DNA from: Acidobacteriota bacterium
GTDB lineage: Bacteria; Acidobacteriota; UBA6911; RPQK01; JAJDTT01
Direction of reading: 5' to 3'
DNA length: 64,000 bases
Assembly: GCA_965217775.1 (NCBI GenBank)
Contig: CBDCJH010000002.1
Span: 2,464,001 to 2,528,000 of the forward strand
The position numbers and the translations under genes were made by a program. The first letter of the stretch is position 1; each line of letters opens with the position of its first letter. The notes under the pieces are model-generated. The model was not told the DNA's origin. It was given only the letters and a program-made list of their open reading frames with translations, and ran no database searches. Of the stretch, positions 18,436 to 27,045 are shown piece after piece.

Positions 18436-19224
18436 GTGAAGGACAATCGGGTACGTCAAAAGATCATCGCGGGCGAAGCGGCCGTCGGATGCTTTCTGGG
18501 ACTGGGCAGTCCCTCGGTGGCCGAGTTGCTGGCCTACTCGGGGTACGAATGGCTGCTGGTCGAAACCGAGCACAACGCCCTGGATTCGGCTCAGGTCGAG
18601 CACATGCTCATGGCCATCGACGGTTCCGGCGCCATGCCCATGGTCCGGGTCCCGCCCTCGGACCTGTTCGCCATACAGAAGGCTCTGGATATAGGCGCCA
18701 TGGGGATCATCGTCCCCATGGTGAAGACCGTGGAGGAGGCGGAGGCGGTGGTGGCCGCCACCCGTTATCCTCCGGAAGGAAAGCGAGGCTTCGGGCCTCT
18801 GCGGGCGTCCCGCTACACCCTCGACTACGAGGACTACCTGGAACGGGCCAACCGGAACATCCTGGTGGGCCTGCTGCTGGAGACCGCCGAGGCAGTGGAG
18901 GACCTGGAGCGGATCGCTTCGGTGCCCGGGGTCGACCTGCTCTACATGGGCATGTGGGACCTGTCGCTGGCTCTGGGCGTGGACCCCAGGCGTCAGCCGA
19001 ATCCCGAGACGGACGCCGTGATCGACAAGGCTCTGCAGGTGGGCCGGGACACCGGCGTGGCCATCGGCATCGGCGTCGGGAGCCCGGAAGACCTGGCGCA
19101 CCGCCTGGAGCAGGGATTCACCTTCCTGGGCTACGGGAGCGACTACAGCCTTCTGCTCGGCGGGGCCAAGTCCGCCTTGGAAACCTTTCGGGCCTCCCAA
19201 TCCGGGAGGCCGGAGAGCGGCTGA
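18436..19224 (+). CDS. HpcH/HpaI aldolase family protein
   Basis: VETEHNA, PMVRVP, LDIGAMGIIVPMV, RYPPEGKRG, ETAEAV. Confidence 0.92.
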   Translation: MKDNRVRQKIIAGEAAVGCFLGLGSPSVAELLAYSGYEWLLVETEHNALDSAQVEHMLMAIDGSGAMPMVRVPPSDLFAIQKALDIGAMGIIVPMVKTVEEAEAVVAATRYPPEGKRGFGPLRASRYTLDYEDYLERANRNILVGLLLETAEAVEDLERIASVPGVDLLYMGMWDLSLALGVDPRRQPNPETDAVIDKALQVGRDTGVAIGIGVGSPEDLAHRLEQGFTFLGYGSDYSLLLGGAKSALETFRASQSGRPESG

Positions 19225-19226
19225 CA
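19094..19226 (+). repeat. 133-bp direct repeat of the aldolase 3' end, copy A (copy B at 21035-21167)
   Basis: Offset 1941 bp; 6 substitutions between the copies. Confidence 0.93.
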
Positions 19227-19261
19227 TCCCGGAACCGGCGGACGCACATAGTGACGCCTAA

Positions 19262-19420
19262 CAGTCCGTGGTGAAAGTCCCGCGAGCACCGAGACCGGTC
19301 CTGCGCCCGCCGGACAAGGCACAACGGAGGGAGTATACCGGGAGGATGTGACCGAGTCGCAACGCAGTCCGCCGGGATGCAGGGACGGTCGAATGCCGCG
19401 ACGACTTTTGCCACGGGCTG
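19262..19420. mobile_element. Hairpin MITE, copy 4 (159 bp, intergenic)
   Basis: Same TIRs; flanks CTAA/TTAA; 1-bp insertion in the central arm. Confidence 0.9.
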
Positions 19421-19449
19421 TTAAGAACGAAACCCGCCCCATCGTTGGA

Positions 19450-19708
19450 TCACGTCGCCGAACGTCGCCAGTGCCGCATGGTTCGAGGACTCATGCCGAT
19501 GATCTCGTCAGCCTGGATCCAGTTGGTCTGCCCACAATTTGCCCCGTGTACGACGTCCTGCACCTTCATCAACCGCTCCACGGCCCGCGGTGAAACCAGC
19601 ACGATGCCCGACGTCTCAACGTCGGGGAAGAATGATCATCCTGATCCCACGCCTGCCGGATCGGACAGGTCACGTGCTGGCGGGACCGGATATTTTGCCT
19701 ACTGACGA
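19450..19708 (-). pseudogene. Remnant of an ISNCY/IS481-like transposase N-terminus plus terminal sequence
   Basis: Translates AVERLMKVQDVV..WIQADEIIGMSPRTMRHWRR*; end-like motif cggacaggtcacgtg..ccggatattttg near 19660-19708. Confidence 0.6.
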
Positions 19709-19788
19709 CCGAGGCAACTCGTTTCGTTGACGATACGGCTGGAAATTAGGTACAATACTTTGTACATTATTGGTGGAGGTGATGCAAC

Positions 19789-20265
19789 GTGGCTGAGGAA
19801 TACATTCCCATAAGCAAGGCGCGGGCCGAGATTGCCAAATGCGCCAACTTAGCTCAAACGCAGATGCGGCGCTATGTGTTAACAACTCAGGGTGACCCAA
19901 AGGTCGTCTTGCTCGGATACGAAGATTACCGTACCCTGAAAGCGACTGCCAGTCTTGCGCGCCGCCCAGAAGTCATCAGGAACATCCGCAATGGAATGGC
20001 TCATATTCGTGAGGGCAAGACGATCCCGCTCGCAGAGTTTGAACGGCAAGCGAAATTCGCCGCTAAACAAGCCCGAGACAGGGTTTTCATCGTCACAGAT
20101 CCATCTGGACACTTCTCACACCAGGACATAGCGTCCGCTTTGGAAGAAATGGGTCTAACGTTGAGTGTTCAAAAGCCTGCAGAGCCCGTTCAGTCGTACT
20201 CAATGGATTTGTTTGCGGAAAGGCCAGCCGCTAGCGCCAAGTCAAGACAAGCTGGCAATAAATGA
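19789..20265 (+). CDS. Phd/YefM-family antitoxin with C-terminal extension
   Basis: IPISKARAEI, YVLTTQGDPKVVLLGYEDY..LKAT, IREGKTIPL; low GC. Confidence 0.8.
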   Translation: MAEEYIPISKARAEIAKCANLAQTQMRRYVLTTQGDPKVVLLGYEDYRTLKATASLARRPEVIRNIRNGMAHIREGKTIPLAEFERQAKFAAKQARDRVFIVTDPSGHFSHQDIASALEEMGLTLSVQKPAEPVQSYSMDLFAERPAASAKSRQAGNK

Positions 20266-20553
20266 GACAGTTGCTCCGAGTAACTGTACACAAAAACCTA
20301 GAAACACCAAGTATAGCCCCAACAACGAGTAGGCACGCCTTTCATCGTTGACCTTGCCAAGCCGAGATGCGATCTCAGCGGAACGGACGACCTCACCTCG
20401 ACCCCTTCGGACCAGCACCCAGACAATACGAATCCCTCGCTTAGCGAAGCCCGGCAACGAAAACGGATGGTATGATCTGGCCATCATCAGCGCGCCCATG
20501 ATTCCGAGGGTCGCACCCGAAATCGAAAAGAAATATCCCAGAGATGCCAACAC
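20242..20553 (-). CDS. Small membrane protein with two hydrophobic segments
   Basis: Hydrophobic N- and C-terminal helices; low-GC islet. Confidence 0.55.
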   Translation of the reverse strand: MLASLGYFFSISGATLGIMGALMMARSYHPFSLPGFAKRGIRIVWVLVRRGRGEVVRSAEIASRLGKVNDERRAYSLLGLYLVFLGFCVQLLGATVSFIASLS

Positions 20554-20574
20554 TTTTATCTGCTCTTTCCCATT

Positions 20575-20817
20575 TTAAGGAAGGTAAATTTCGACGACTT
20601 CCACCGCGTCACTTGTTCTGTATAGTATTGCGAATCTCCCCACATCCAAGCGATAAAGTTGATGCCCCAGTATCGGGTAGCCACTGCGGGATTGCGTTGC
20701 CACACTCCTGAGAGCTGCGCAGACGGAATCGATTTCTTGATCGCTGGGACGGAATTGAATGAACTGCTCAAAGGCACTTTCCGCAACCGTGACCTCTTTG
20801 ACTGAACGTGATGCCAT
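20575..20817 (-). CDS. RelE/ParE-like toxin
   Basis: 80 aa; VTVAESAFEQF, LYRLDVGRFAILYR..VEVVEI. Confidence 0.6.
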   Translation of the reverse strand: MASRSVKEVTVAESAFEQFIQFRPSDQEIDSVCAALRSVATQSRSGYPILGHQLYRLDVGRFAILYRTSDAVEVVEIYLP

Positions 20818-21034
20818 ACTTTTCCTACATAGGGTAATGTTTCGAATGCATTCAGTACAATCGGTGTCCAGGACCCATTCGCTTGTTTTCGGCGCTGGCG
20901 TTCAAGGCCAAGCCAGAGTCCGAAGCACGGACCCGGACGATTGAATTTATCGCCGCTCAATCTCCGAAAGCGTCACCCCAAAGGGGGTGCTGGCCCACAT
21001 CGAGTCTGGCTGGACCGACCCGGGCTCGGGTGAA

Positions 21035-21167
21035 TGGCGCACCGGCTGGAGCAGGGGTTCATCTTCCTGGGCTACGGGAGCGACTACAGCCTTCTGCTCG
21101 GCGGGGCCAAGTCCGCCCTGGAAACCTTTCGGGCCTCCCAATCCGGGAAGGCGGAGAGCGGCTGACA
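21035..21167 (+). repeat. Direct repeat of the aldolase 3' end, copy B (displaced fragment)
   Basis: Encodes AHRLEQGFIFLGYGSDYSLLLGGAKSALETFRASQSGKAESG*. Confidence 0.93.
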
Positions 21168-21181
21168 CCGCGCCAAGCGAT

Positions 21182-22189
21182 TCAACTCCCTTCCTGCCGC
21201 CCCCAGCGGTCGTAGAGGAAGTCGGCCAGGGCGCTGAAGATGAGCAGGGCGCCCACGGCCACCTGCTGCACAAAGACCGAGATGCCCAGGATGTTCAGGG
21301 CATTGCGGACGATCTGAAAGAAGATCACGCCCAACAGCGTCCCCGGCATGGAGCCCCGTCCCCCGTACAGGCTCGTCCCCCCGATGACCACCGCCGCGAT
21401 GACGTCCAGCTCGGCCCCGGTCCCCGCCAGGGTGAGGGCCGAGTTCAGACGGGCCGCCAGCAGAATCCCCGCAAAGGAAGCCAGTCCGCCGCTCAGGGCG
21501 TAGAGCAGGAACTGGTGGCGCTTGACGCGGACCCCCAGGCGGCGGGCCGTTTCGGGATCGTTGCCGATGGCGAAGGTGTAGCGCCCGAAGCGGGTCTTCA
21601 CCAGCACCAGGTGGCCGATCAGGTAGACCGCCGCGGTGATCAACACCAGCACGGGGATCGGACCGATGCGCCCCTTGCCCAGAAACAGGAAGCTCTCCGG
21701 GAGGCCGACGATGGAGTTGCCGCTGGTCAGGAACATGACGGTGCCCCGGGCGACGTTGAGCATCCCCAGGGTCATGATGAAGGCTGGGATTCTGCCGTAG
21801 GCCACGGCGACGCCGTTGACCGCACCGGCGGCGGTCCCCACCAGCAATCCACCCACGATAGCGGCCGGGACCGGGATCCCGGAGACCAGGAGTCCGGCCG
21901 TTCCCATGCTCCCCAGGGCCAGGATCGAGCCCACCGAGAGGTCGATCCCGGCGGCAATGATGACGAAGGTCATACCGGCCGCGACGATGGCGTTGATGGA
22001 GAGCTGTTCCAGGATGTTGAGGAAATTTCGAGTGGTGAGAAAGACGGGAGAGATCATGGACACGACGGCCACCAGAATCAGGGTGGCCGCCAGCAGCGCC
22101 TTGAGCCGGGTGAGCTTCAGCAAGGCGGGATGCAGACCCCGGCTCGTCAAGCGGGAGACCAAAACTTGAAGCGAACGATTCCAATCCAC
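21182..22189 (-). CDS. Sugar ABC transporter permease (RbsC-like)
   Basis: GMTFVIIAAGIDLSVGS, IPAFIMTLG, TRFGRYTFAIG, ELDVIAAVVIGGTSL.GGRG. Confidence 0.93.
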   Translation of the reverse strand: MDWNRSLQVLVSRLTSRGLHPALLKLTRLKALLAATLILVAVVSMISPVFLTTRNFLNILEQLSINAIVAAGMTFVIIAAGIDLSVGSILALGSMGTAGLLVSGIPVPAAIVGGLLVGTAAGAVNGVAVAYGRIPAFIMTLGMLNVARGTVMFLTSGNSIVGLPESFLFLGKGRIGPIPVLVLITAAVYLIGHLVLVKTRFGRYTFAIGNDPETARRLGVRVKRHQFLLYALSGGLASFAGILLAARLNSALTLAGTGAELDVIAAVVIGGTSLYGGRGSMPGTLLGVIFFQIVRNALNILGISVFVQQVAVGALLIFSALADFLYDRWGRQEGS

Positions 22190-22196
22190 GGGCCGG

Positions 22197-23003
22197 TCAA
22201 CTCCTGGACGGAAGCGGGCCCTTCAGCATCAGGTCGACGACCTCGTCCTGGTTCGTGGAACGGGTCCTCAGGTCGGCCACCGTCGCCCCCTTCCTCATGA
22301 CCACGATCCGGTCGGCGATGGAGAAGATGTCGTCCAACTCGTGACCGATCACGATCAGGGAGACTCCCTCGTCCCGAAACCTCCGGATCAGGTCCAGCGT
22401 CTTTCGGGTCTCCGCGACCCCCAGGGCCGCCGTCGGTTCGTCCATCAGGATCAGCTTGGCGCGGGCCAGTAGGGCACGGGCCAGGGCTACCGCCTGGCGC
22501 TGTCCCCCCGAAAGGTAACGCACCCGGGTTGAGGCGCGGAAGTCGTAGCCGAGCCTGCGGATCAACTCTTCCGCCTTGGCCTTCATGGACTTCTCCGCCA
22601 GCCAGCGGAGCCCGGGGACGCCCCGGCGCCACTCCCGTCCCATGAAGATGTTGGCGGTCACGTCCAGTTCGCCCAGGAGCGCCAGGTCCTGGTACACCGT
22701 CTCGATCCCATGGTGACGGGCCTCGGCGGGGCTTCCCGTTCGAAGCGGCCGGCCTTCCATGAGGAACCGTCCCCCATCGGGTCGATCGACGCCGGAGATG
22801 AGGTGGATCAGTGTCGATTTTCCGGCCCCGTTGCCGCCCACCAGGCCCACGATCTCAGCCCGGCCGACGGTGAGATCGGCGCCGTCGACCGCCGTCAGCG
22901 CGCCGAATCGTTTGGTGATACCCACCGCCTCCAGGAGAGCTGCGCGGCCGGCCCCGCCAGCGGGTCCGGTCGCGGTTCCGGAGGCGCTTTCCGGCTCGCT
23001 CAC
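22197..23003 (-). CDS. Sugar ABC transporter ATP-binding protein
   Basis: GTG overlaps the SBP stop; GGNGAGKST, GIETVYQDLAL, LSGGQRQ, MDEPTAALG. Confidence 0.92.
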   Translation of the reverse strand: MSEPESASGTATGPAGGAGRAALLEAVGITKRFGALTAVDGADLTVGRAEIVGLVGGNGAGKSTLIHLISGVDRPDGGRFLMEGRPLRTGSPAEARHHGIETVYQDLALLGELDVTANIFMGREWRRGVPGLRWLAEKSMKAKAEELIRRLGYDFRASTRVRYLSGGQRQAVALARALLARAKLILMDEPTAALGVAETRKTLDLIRRFRDEGVSLIVIGHELDDIFSIADRIVVMRKGATVADLRTRSTNQDEVVDLMLKGPLPSRS

Positions 23004-24130
23004 AGGAGCGGCTCCCCGCTCTCGATCTGCCGGATGAACTCGTCCACGTTCTCCCTCGTCACCAGGACCACGCCGGTGTCGGTGAAGGGTGTAGATTCGA
23101 TGCCGCGGCGGAATTTGACCAGACTGTCGACGCCGGAATAGCCCATCTTGGCGGGAAACTGGGCGACCATGGCGTCCAGCTCGCCACGCTTGACCGCCTC
23201 CAGGTCCCCCAACCCCGCTTTGCCGATGGAACCGCGGCCCACTACCATCAGATCCTCGCCCAGGTTCTTTCCGAAGGCCCCGGCCGCCTGGGTGGCGCAG
23301 AGAACCGCGGGACCACCGAAGATGTAGAGACCGGCCAGATCGGGATGCGCCGTCAGCAGATCGGTGGTGGCGTTGAAGGACTGGTCGCAGAAGGGAACTC
23401 CCAGCGGAGACCCCACCATTTCCAGGTCGGGATACTTGCGCAGGCCTTCCACGAAACCGTTCATGATTTCCCGGCAGGGCAGAATGCTGGGCGGACAGGC
23501 GATGACGCCGACCTTCCCTCGATCCGAAAGGCGGTCGGCCAGCCGGTCGGCGGCCACGGTGCCGCAAAGGACATTGTCGGTGGCGGCGAAAGTGACGATA
23601 TCCCCCTCGGCGATCCCGGTGTCGATGACGGTGATGGGAATCCCGGCCTGGTTCACCTTCGACACGGCAGGCGACAGGGCGTTGGAATCGCAGGGCGCCA
23701 GCACGATGCCGTCCACTTCCAACTGAATCATGTTCTCCACGATCTGGACCTGATCCACGACATGAGTCTCGCTCTTGGCGGCGTGCAACAGCAGTTCCAC
23801 CCCCAGCTCCTCTGCCGCCCGTTGGGCGCCGTCGATGGCGTCCAGCCAGAAGGGATCGGTGTAGGACTTGGAGATGAAGGCGATCCTCAGCCGTCCGTCG
23901 CGGGAGGGATCGGGAACCGGCGCCGCGCAGGCCCAGAGCAGCAGCAGCGGGAGCAGGATCGCTAGCAGTCCGTGGGAAAAGTCCCATGAGCACCGAGACC
24001 GTTCCTGCGCCCGCCGGACAAGGCGCGATGAGGGAGCGTATGTGACCGAGTCGTAACGCAGTCCGCCGGGATGCAGGGACGGTCGAATGCCGTGACGACT
24101 TTTTCCACGGGCTGCTTGGCATCGGGTCAT
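23000..24130 (-). CDS. Sugar ABC substrate-binding lipoprotein (RbsB-like) with an in-frame 51-aa MITE insertion in its signal peptide
   Basis: DPFW, VDGIVLAP, GIPITVID, ATDN, QFPAKMG; removing 153 bp gives MTRC(L/Q)AILLPLLLLWAC with a lipobox. Confidence 0.85.
   Translation of the reverse strand: MTRCQAARGKSRHGIRPSLHPGGLRYDSVTYAPSSRLVRRAQERSRCSWDFSHGLLAILLPLLLLWACAAPVPDPSRDGRLRIAFISKSYTDPFWLDAIDGAQRAAEELGVELLLHAAKSETHVVDQVQIVENMIQLEVDGIVLAPCDSNALSPAVSKVNQAGIPITVIDTGIAEGDIVTFAATDNVLCGTVAADRLADRLSDRGKVGVIACPPSILPCREIMNGFVEGLRKYPDLEMVGSPLGVPFCDQSFNATTDLLTAHPDLAGLYIFGGPAVLCATQAAGAFGKNLGEDLMVVGRGSIGKAGLGDLEAVKRGELDAMVAQFPAKMGYSGVDSLVKFRRGIESTPFTDTGVVLVTRENVDEFIRQIESGEPLL
23966..24114. mobile_element. 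Hairpin MITE, copy 5 (149 bp, in frame in SBP gene)
   Basis: Same TIRs; flanks CTAG/CTTG; 9-bp deletion (ataccggga) at the hairpin tip. Confidence 0.9.
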
Positions 24131-24338
24131 GACGAGCCGGACACTAACACGTTCCGGGAGCCCCTTGCAGGATTCCCCGGACGGCGATACGGCTTGCCTC
24201 ACGGCATCGGATTCAATACCTTAAGTCGAGTGCCGGAGGGCTTGGCCACGTGGGCCAGGCCGACCGGTCTGGGAGTCGAATCCATTGATTGGAACGCCCA
24301 CTCGTTCCACAACGAGCGGCGCGGAAGAGGAAAGCAGC

Positions 24339-25088
24339 ATGCCCGGAAAACTGGACGGCAGGGTGGCGATCATCACCGGCGGCGGTAGCGGCTTGGGCGC
24401 GTCCACGGCCAGACTCTTCGCGGCCGAAGGGGCCAAAGTGGTCATCGCCGACGTCAACGTCGATGCGGGAACAGGGGTGGTCCGATCCCTCCAGGATGAC
24501 GGGACCGAAGCCCTCTTCGTCAAGACCGATGTCTCGTCGGCGGCCGACGCCCGCAACCTGATGGAGGAGACCGTCGCCCGGTTCGGCCGGATCGACATCC
24601 TCGTCAACAACGCCGGCGTCCAAGTGGAAAAGGCGGTGCCCGAAACCACCGAGGAGGATTGGGACTTCGTCCTGGGCGTCAATCTGAAGGGGCCGTTCCT
24701 CTGCTCCAAATACGCCATCCGGCAGATGCGCAAGCAGAAATCGGGGAACATCGTCTGCATCTCGTCCCTCTCCGGCGTGGTTTCCAACGGAGAACAGGCT
24801 TCCTACAACGCCTCCAAACACGGCCTCATCGGCCTGGCCAAGTGCATGGCCCACGACCACGCCCTGGAGGGCATCCGGGTGAACACGGTCTGTCCCGGCT
24901 CCATGAACACACCCATGCTGGACGGGGTGCCGGAGGAACACCTGGCGCCCTACCGCAAGAGCAACCTGCTGGAGAGGTTCGCCGATCCGGGAGAGGTGGC
25001 CAACTGCATTCTCTTTCTGGTGAGCGACGATGCCTCCTTCGTCACCGGCTCGGTTCTGGTGGCCGACGGGGGCTATACCACCAAGTGA
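24339..25088 (+). CDS. Short-chain dehydrogenase/reductase
   Basis: TGGGSGLG, ILVNNAG, YNASKHG, ADGG; paralogue of 6541-7353. Confidence 0.93.
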   Translation: MPGKLDGRVAIITGGGSGLGASTARLFAAEGAKVVIADVNVDAGTGVVRSLQDDGTEALFVKTDVSSAADARNLMEETVARFGRIDILVNNAGVQVEKAVPETTEEDWDFVLGVNLKGPFLCSKYAIRQMRKQKSGNIVCISSLSGVVSNGEQASYNASKHGLIGLAKCMAHDHALEGIRVNTVCPGSMNTPMLDGVPEEHLAPYRKSNLLERFADPGEVANCILFLVSDDASFVTGSVLVADGGYTTK

Positions 25089-25152
25089 TGCCGGACCGTC
25101 CGGCTGCCGAGGCCGGCGCCCCGGAGATACGAACCGAAAGGAGTCAAATCGG

Positions 25153-25662
25153 ATGTACCTGAAGAAGATCGACCACATCGCCGTCATGGTGAGCGACATC
25201 GAGAAATCCCTGCACTTCTATCGCGATCTGCTGGGCCTGGAGGTGGTGACTCCGGAAGAGCACATCGCGGGTCCGGTGGCGGAGATGGTGGACAAACCGG
25301 GCTGCCACATGCGCGAGTACCGCATGCGGGCTCCGGAGGGCGTCCAGGGCTACGACCGGAACGACGAAGGGGTGGCGTTGACCTTCGACATCATCCAGTG
25401 GTTGAAACCGGAGAGCCCCCAGGCGAGATACGAGGTCCACCACGTGCCCAGCGCGCACATCTGTTTCGGAGTGGAGAACCTGCCCGCGATCTACGAACGA
25501 TTGAAGGCGGAGGGCGTCGAGTTCATCTCGCCTCCGGTCCGCTTCTCGGGTGAGGGGGACTGGCACGTGCTCTTCTTCTACGATCCCGACGGGAACCTCC
25601 TGGAGCTGAACGAGACCGGCACCGGAGGCCAGATCGTGCACGATTTCGAGTGGAGCGAATAA
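25153..25662 (+). CDS. VOC/glyoxalase family protein
   Basis: IDHIAVMVSD, HHVPSAHICF, FFYDPDGNLLEL; paralogue of 7442-7933. Confidence 0.9.
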   Translation: MYLKKIDHIAVMVSDIEKSLHFYRDLLGLEVVTPEEHIAGPVAEMVDKPGCHMREYRMRAPEGVQGYDRNDEGVALTFDIIQWLKPESPQARYEVHHVPSAHICFGVENLPAIYERLKAEGVEFISPPVRFSGEGDWHVLFFYDPDGNLLELNETGTGGQIVHDFEWSE

Positions 25663-25918
25663 CGTCGGGGCAACCCTCGGGGTTGCCCTTCCTTTACGTG
25701 CGCCGTGGACTTCTCCTGACCCACCGCGACCGGACACACCCACCGGCCATGGCGTGTCGATATCGCGGTGACCGTTGCGGTTGCCCGGGTCCGGCAGGCG
25801 GGCAGAATCAATCCGGCCCCATGAGTTCGTCGCCGGGCGGCGAGTCTGAACGACTCGAGCTCCACGATTGGAGTGATTACCCGGGTTCATCGACTTGGCG
25901 CGGCGTGGCGGGGACGGA

Positions 25919-26800
25919 TCATTCGACCCTCAGGAGGCGGAAACCCAGGTAGTGGTAGCGATTGCCGGGGACGACGCCGGCGCGATACGCCGACCGGCTG
26001 CCGAGAGCGTCGTGGCTCCAACCGCCCCCTCGACGGACCCGAAGGGAGCCCGTCGCAGGGCCCTTGGGATCTGTGACACTGCCTCCCGGGTACTCCCCGT
26101 AGCGGTCCTCTACCCACTCCCACGCGTTCCCCAGCATGTCGTGCAGCCCGAAATCATTCGCAGCCTTCTCCCCCACCGGATGGGTCCCGCACCAAGTTGA
26201 CGGGTACTGCTTTTCCTTCCAGTCCGAACAATCGACCCCGCCCTCGTACCTCACCCCGCTGTTGCCGCCGTACCACGCGATCCTGTCCAACATCGGCACG
26301 TTGTTGACCCCCGCCAAATCCAAATCTCCTGCCGGCGTGTCCGTTCGAGTTCCCGCCCGCGCCGCGTACTCCCACTCGGCCTCCGTCGGCAACCGGTACC
26401 TCGCACCTTCCCCCATGCCGTTCAGCTTCCTGACGAACTGCTGCACGTCGTCCCACGAAACACTCTCCACCGGGCAATCTCGACCGCAGTTCTTGAAATC
26501 CGAGGGATTCGATCCCATCACCGCCTCCCATTGACCCTGAGTCACCTCGTATTTCCCCAGATAAAACGCCCGGCTGATCTTCACCCGAGTCACCGGTCTC
26601 TCGTCATCGTCCGCCAACCCGCTCTCCGACCCCATCCGGAACTCGCCGGCCGGTACCCGCACGAACTCCATTCCGAGGCTGTTGCTCCACTTTGCCGGCG
26701 TTGAGGCTTCTTCCTGAGCCGCCAGGCCCCCAGCAAGGAGGAGGACAGTCCACCCGGCCGCGGTCCCACGCCGACACCATGAAAACAAGTTTCCGATCAT
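25919..26800 (-). CDS. FGE-sulfatase (formylglycine-generating enzyme-like, CLec fold) domain protein
   Basis: GEFRMGS, KYEVTQGQW, PVESVSW, YRLPTEAEWEYAARAG, FGLHDMLGNAWEW, RVRRGGGW, LGFRL. Confidence 0.93.
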   Translation of the reverse strand: MIGNLFSWCRRGTAAGWTVLLLAGGLAAQEEASTPAKWSNSLGMEFVRVPAGEFRMGSESGLADDDERPVTRVKISRAFYLGKYEVTQGQWEAVMGSNPSDFKNCGRDCPVESVSWDDVQQFVRKLNGMGEGARYRLPTEAEWEYAARAGTRTDTPAGDLDLAGVNNVPMLDRIAWYGGNSGVRYEGGVDCSDWKEKQYPSTWCGTHPVGEKAANDFGLHDMLGNAWEWVEDRYGEYPGGSVTDPKGPATGSLRVRRGGGWSHDALGSRSAYRAGVVPGNRYHYLGFRLLRVE

Positions 26801-26846
26801 GTTTCCTCCGCTCGGCTCCGGTTGGTATTCGTTGGCCTGCTATTAA

Positions 26847-27004
26847 CAGCCCGTGGCAAAAGTCATCACGGCATTCGACCGTCCCTGCATCCCGGCGGAC
26901 GGCGTTGCGATTCGGGCACATACTCCCGGTATGCACCCGAATCGCGCCTTGTCCGGCGGGCGCAGGAACGGTCTCGGTGCTCGCGGGACTTTCACCACGG
27001 ACTG
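26847..27004. mobile_element. 158-bp hairpin MITE, copy 6 (opposite orientation)
   Basis: cagcccgtggcaaaagtc...gactttcaccacggactg; TSD TTAA/TTAA. Confidence 0.92.
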
Positions 27005-27045
27005 TTAAATCCCAAAATCCCGGATGTCGTTTGCGCGATCCCGGT

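Noticed and set aside
19094-21167. Aldolase-end repeats as a DGR pair or prophage att sites
   Set aside because: Substitutions are not adenine-specific, and no integrase or phage genes lie between the repeats
22197-24122. 641-aa ORF as one large ABC ATPase
   Set aside because: The N-terminal part is an alternative frame over the SBP gene, opened by the stop-free MITE; the real ATPase starts at GTG 23003
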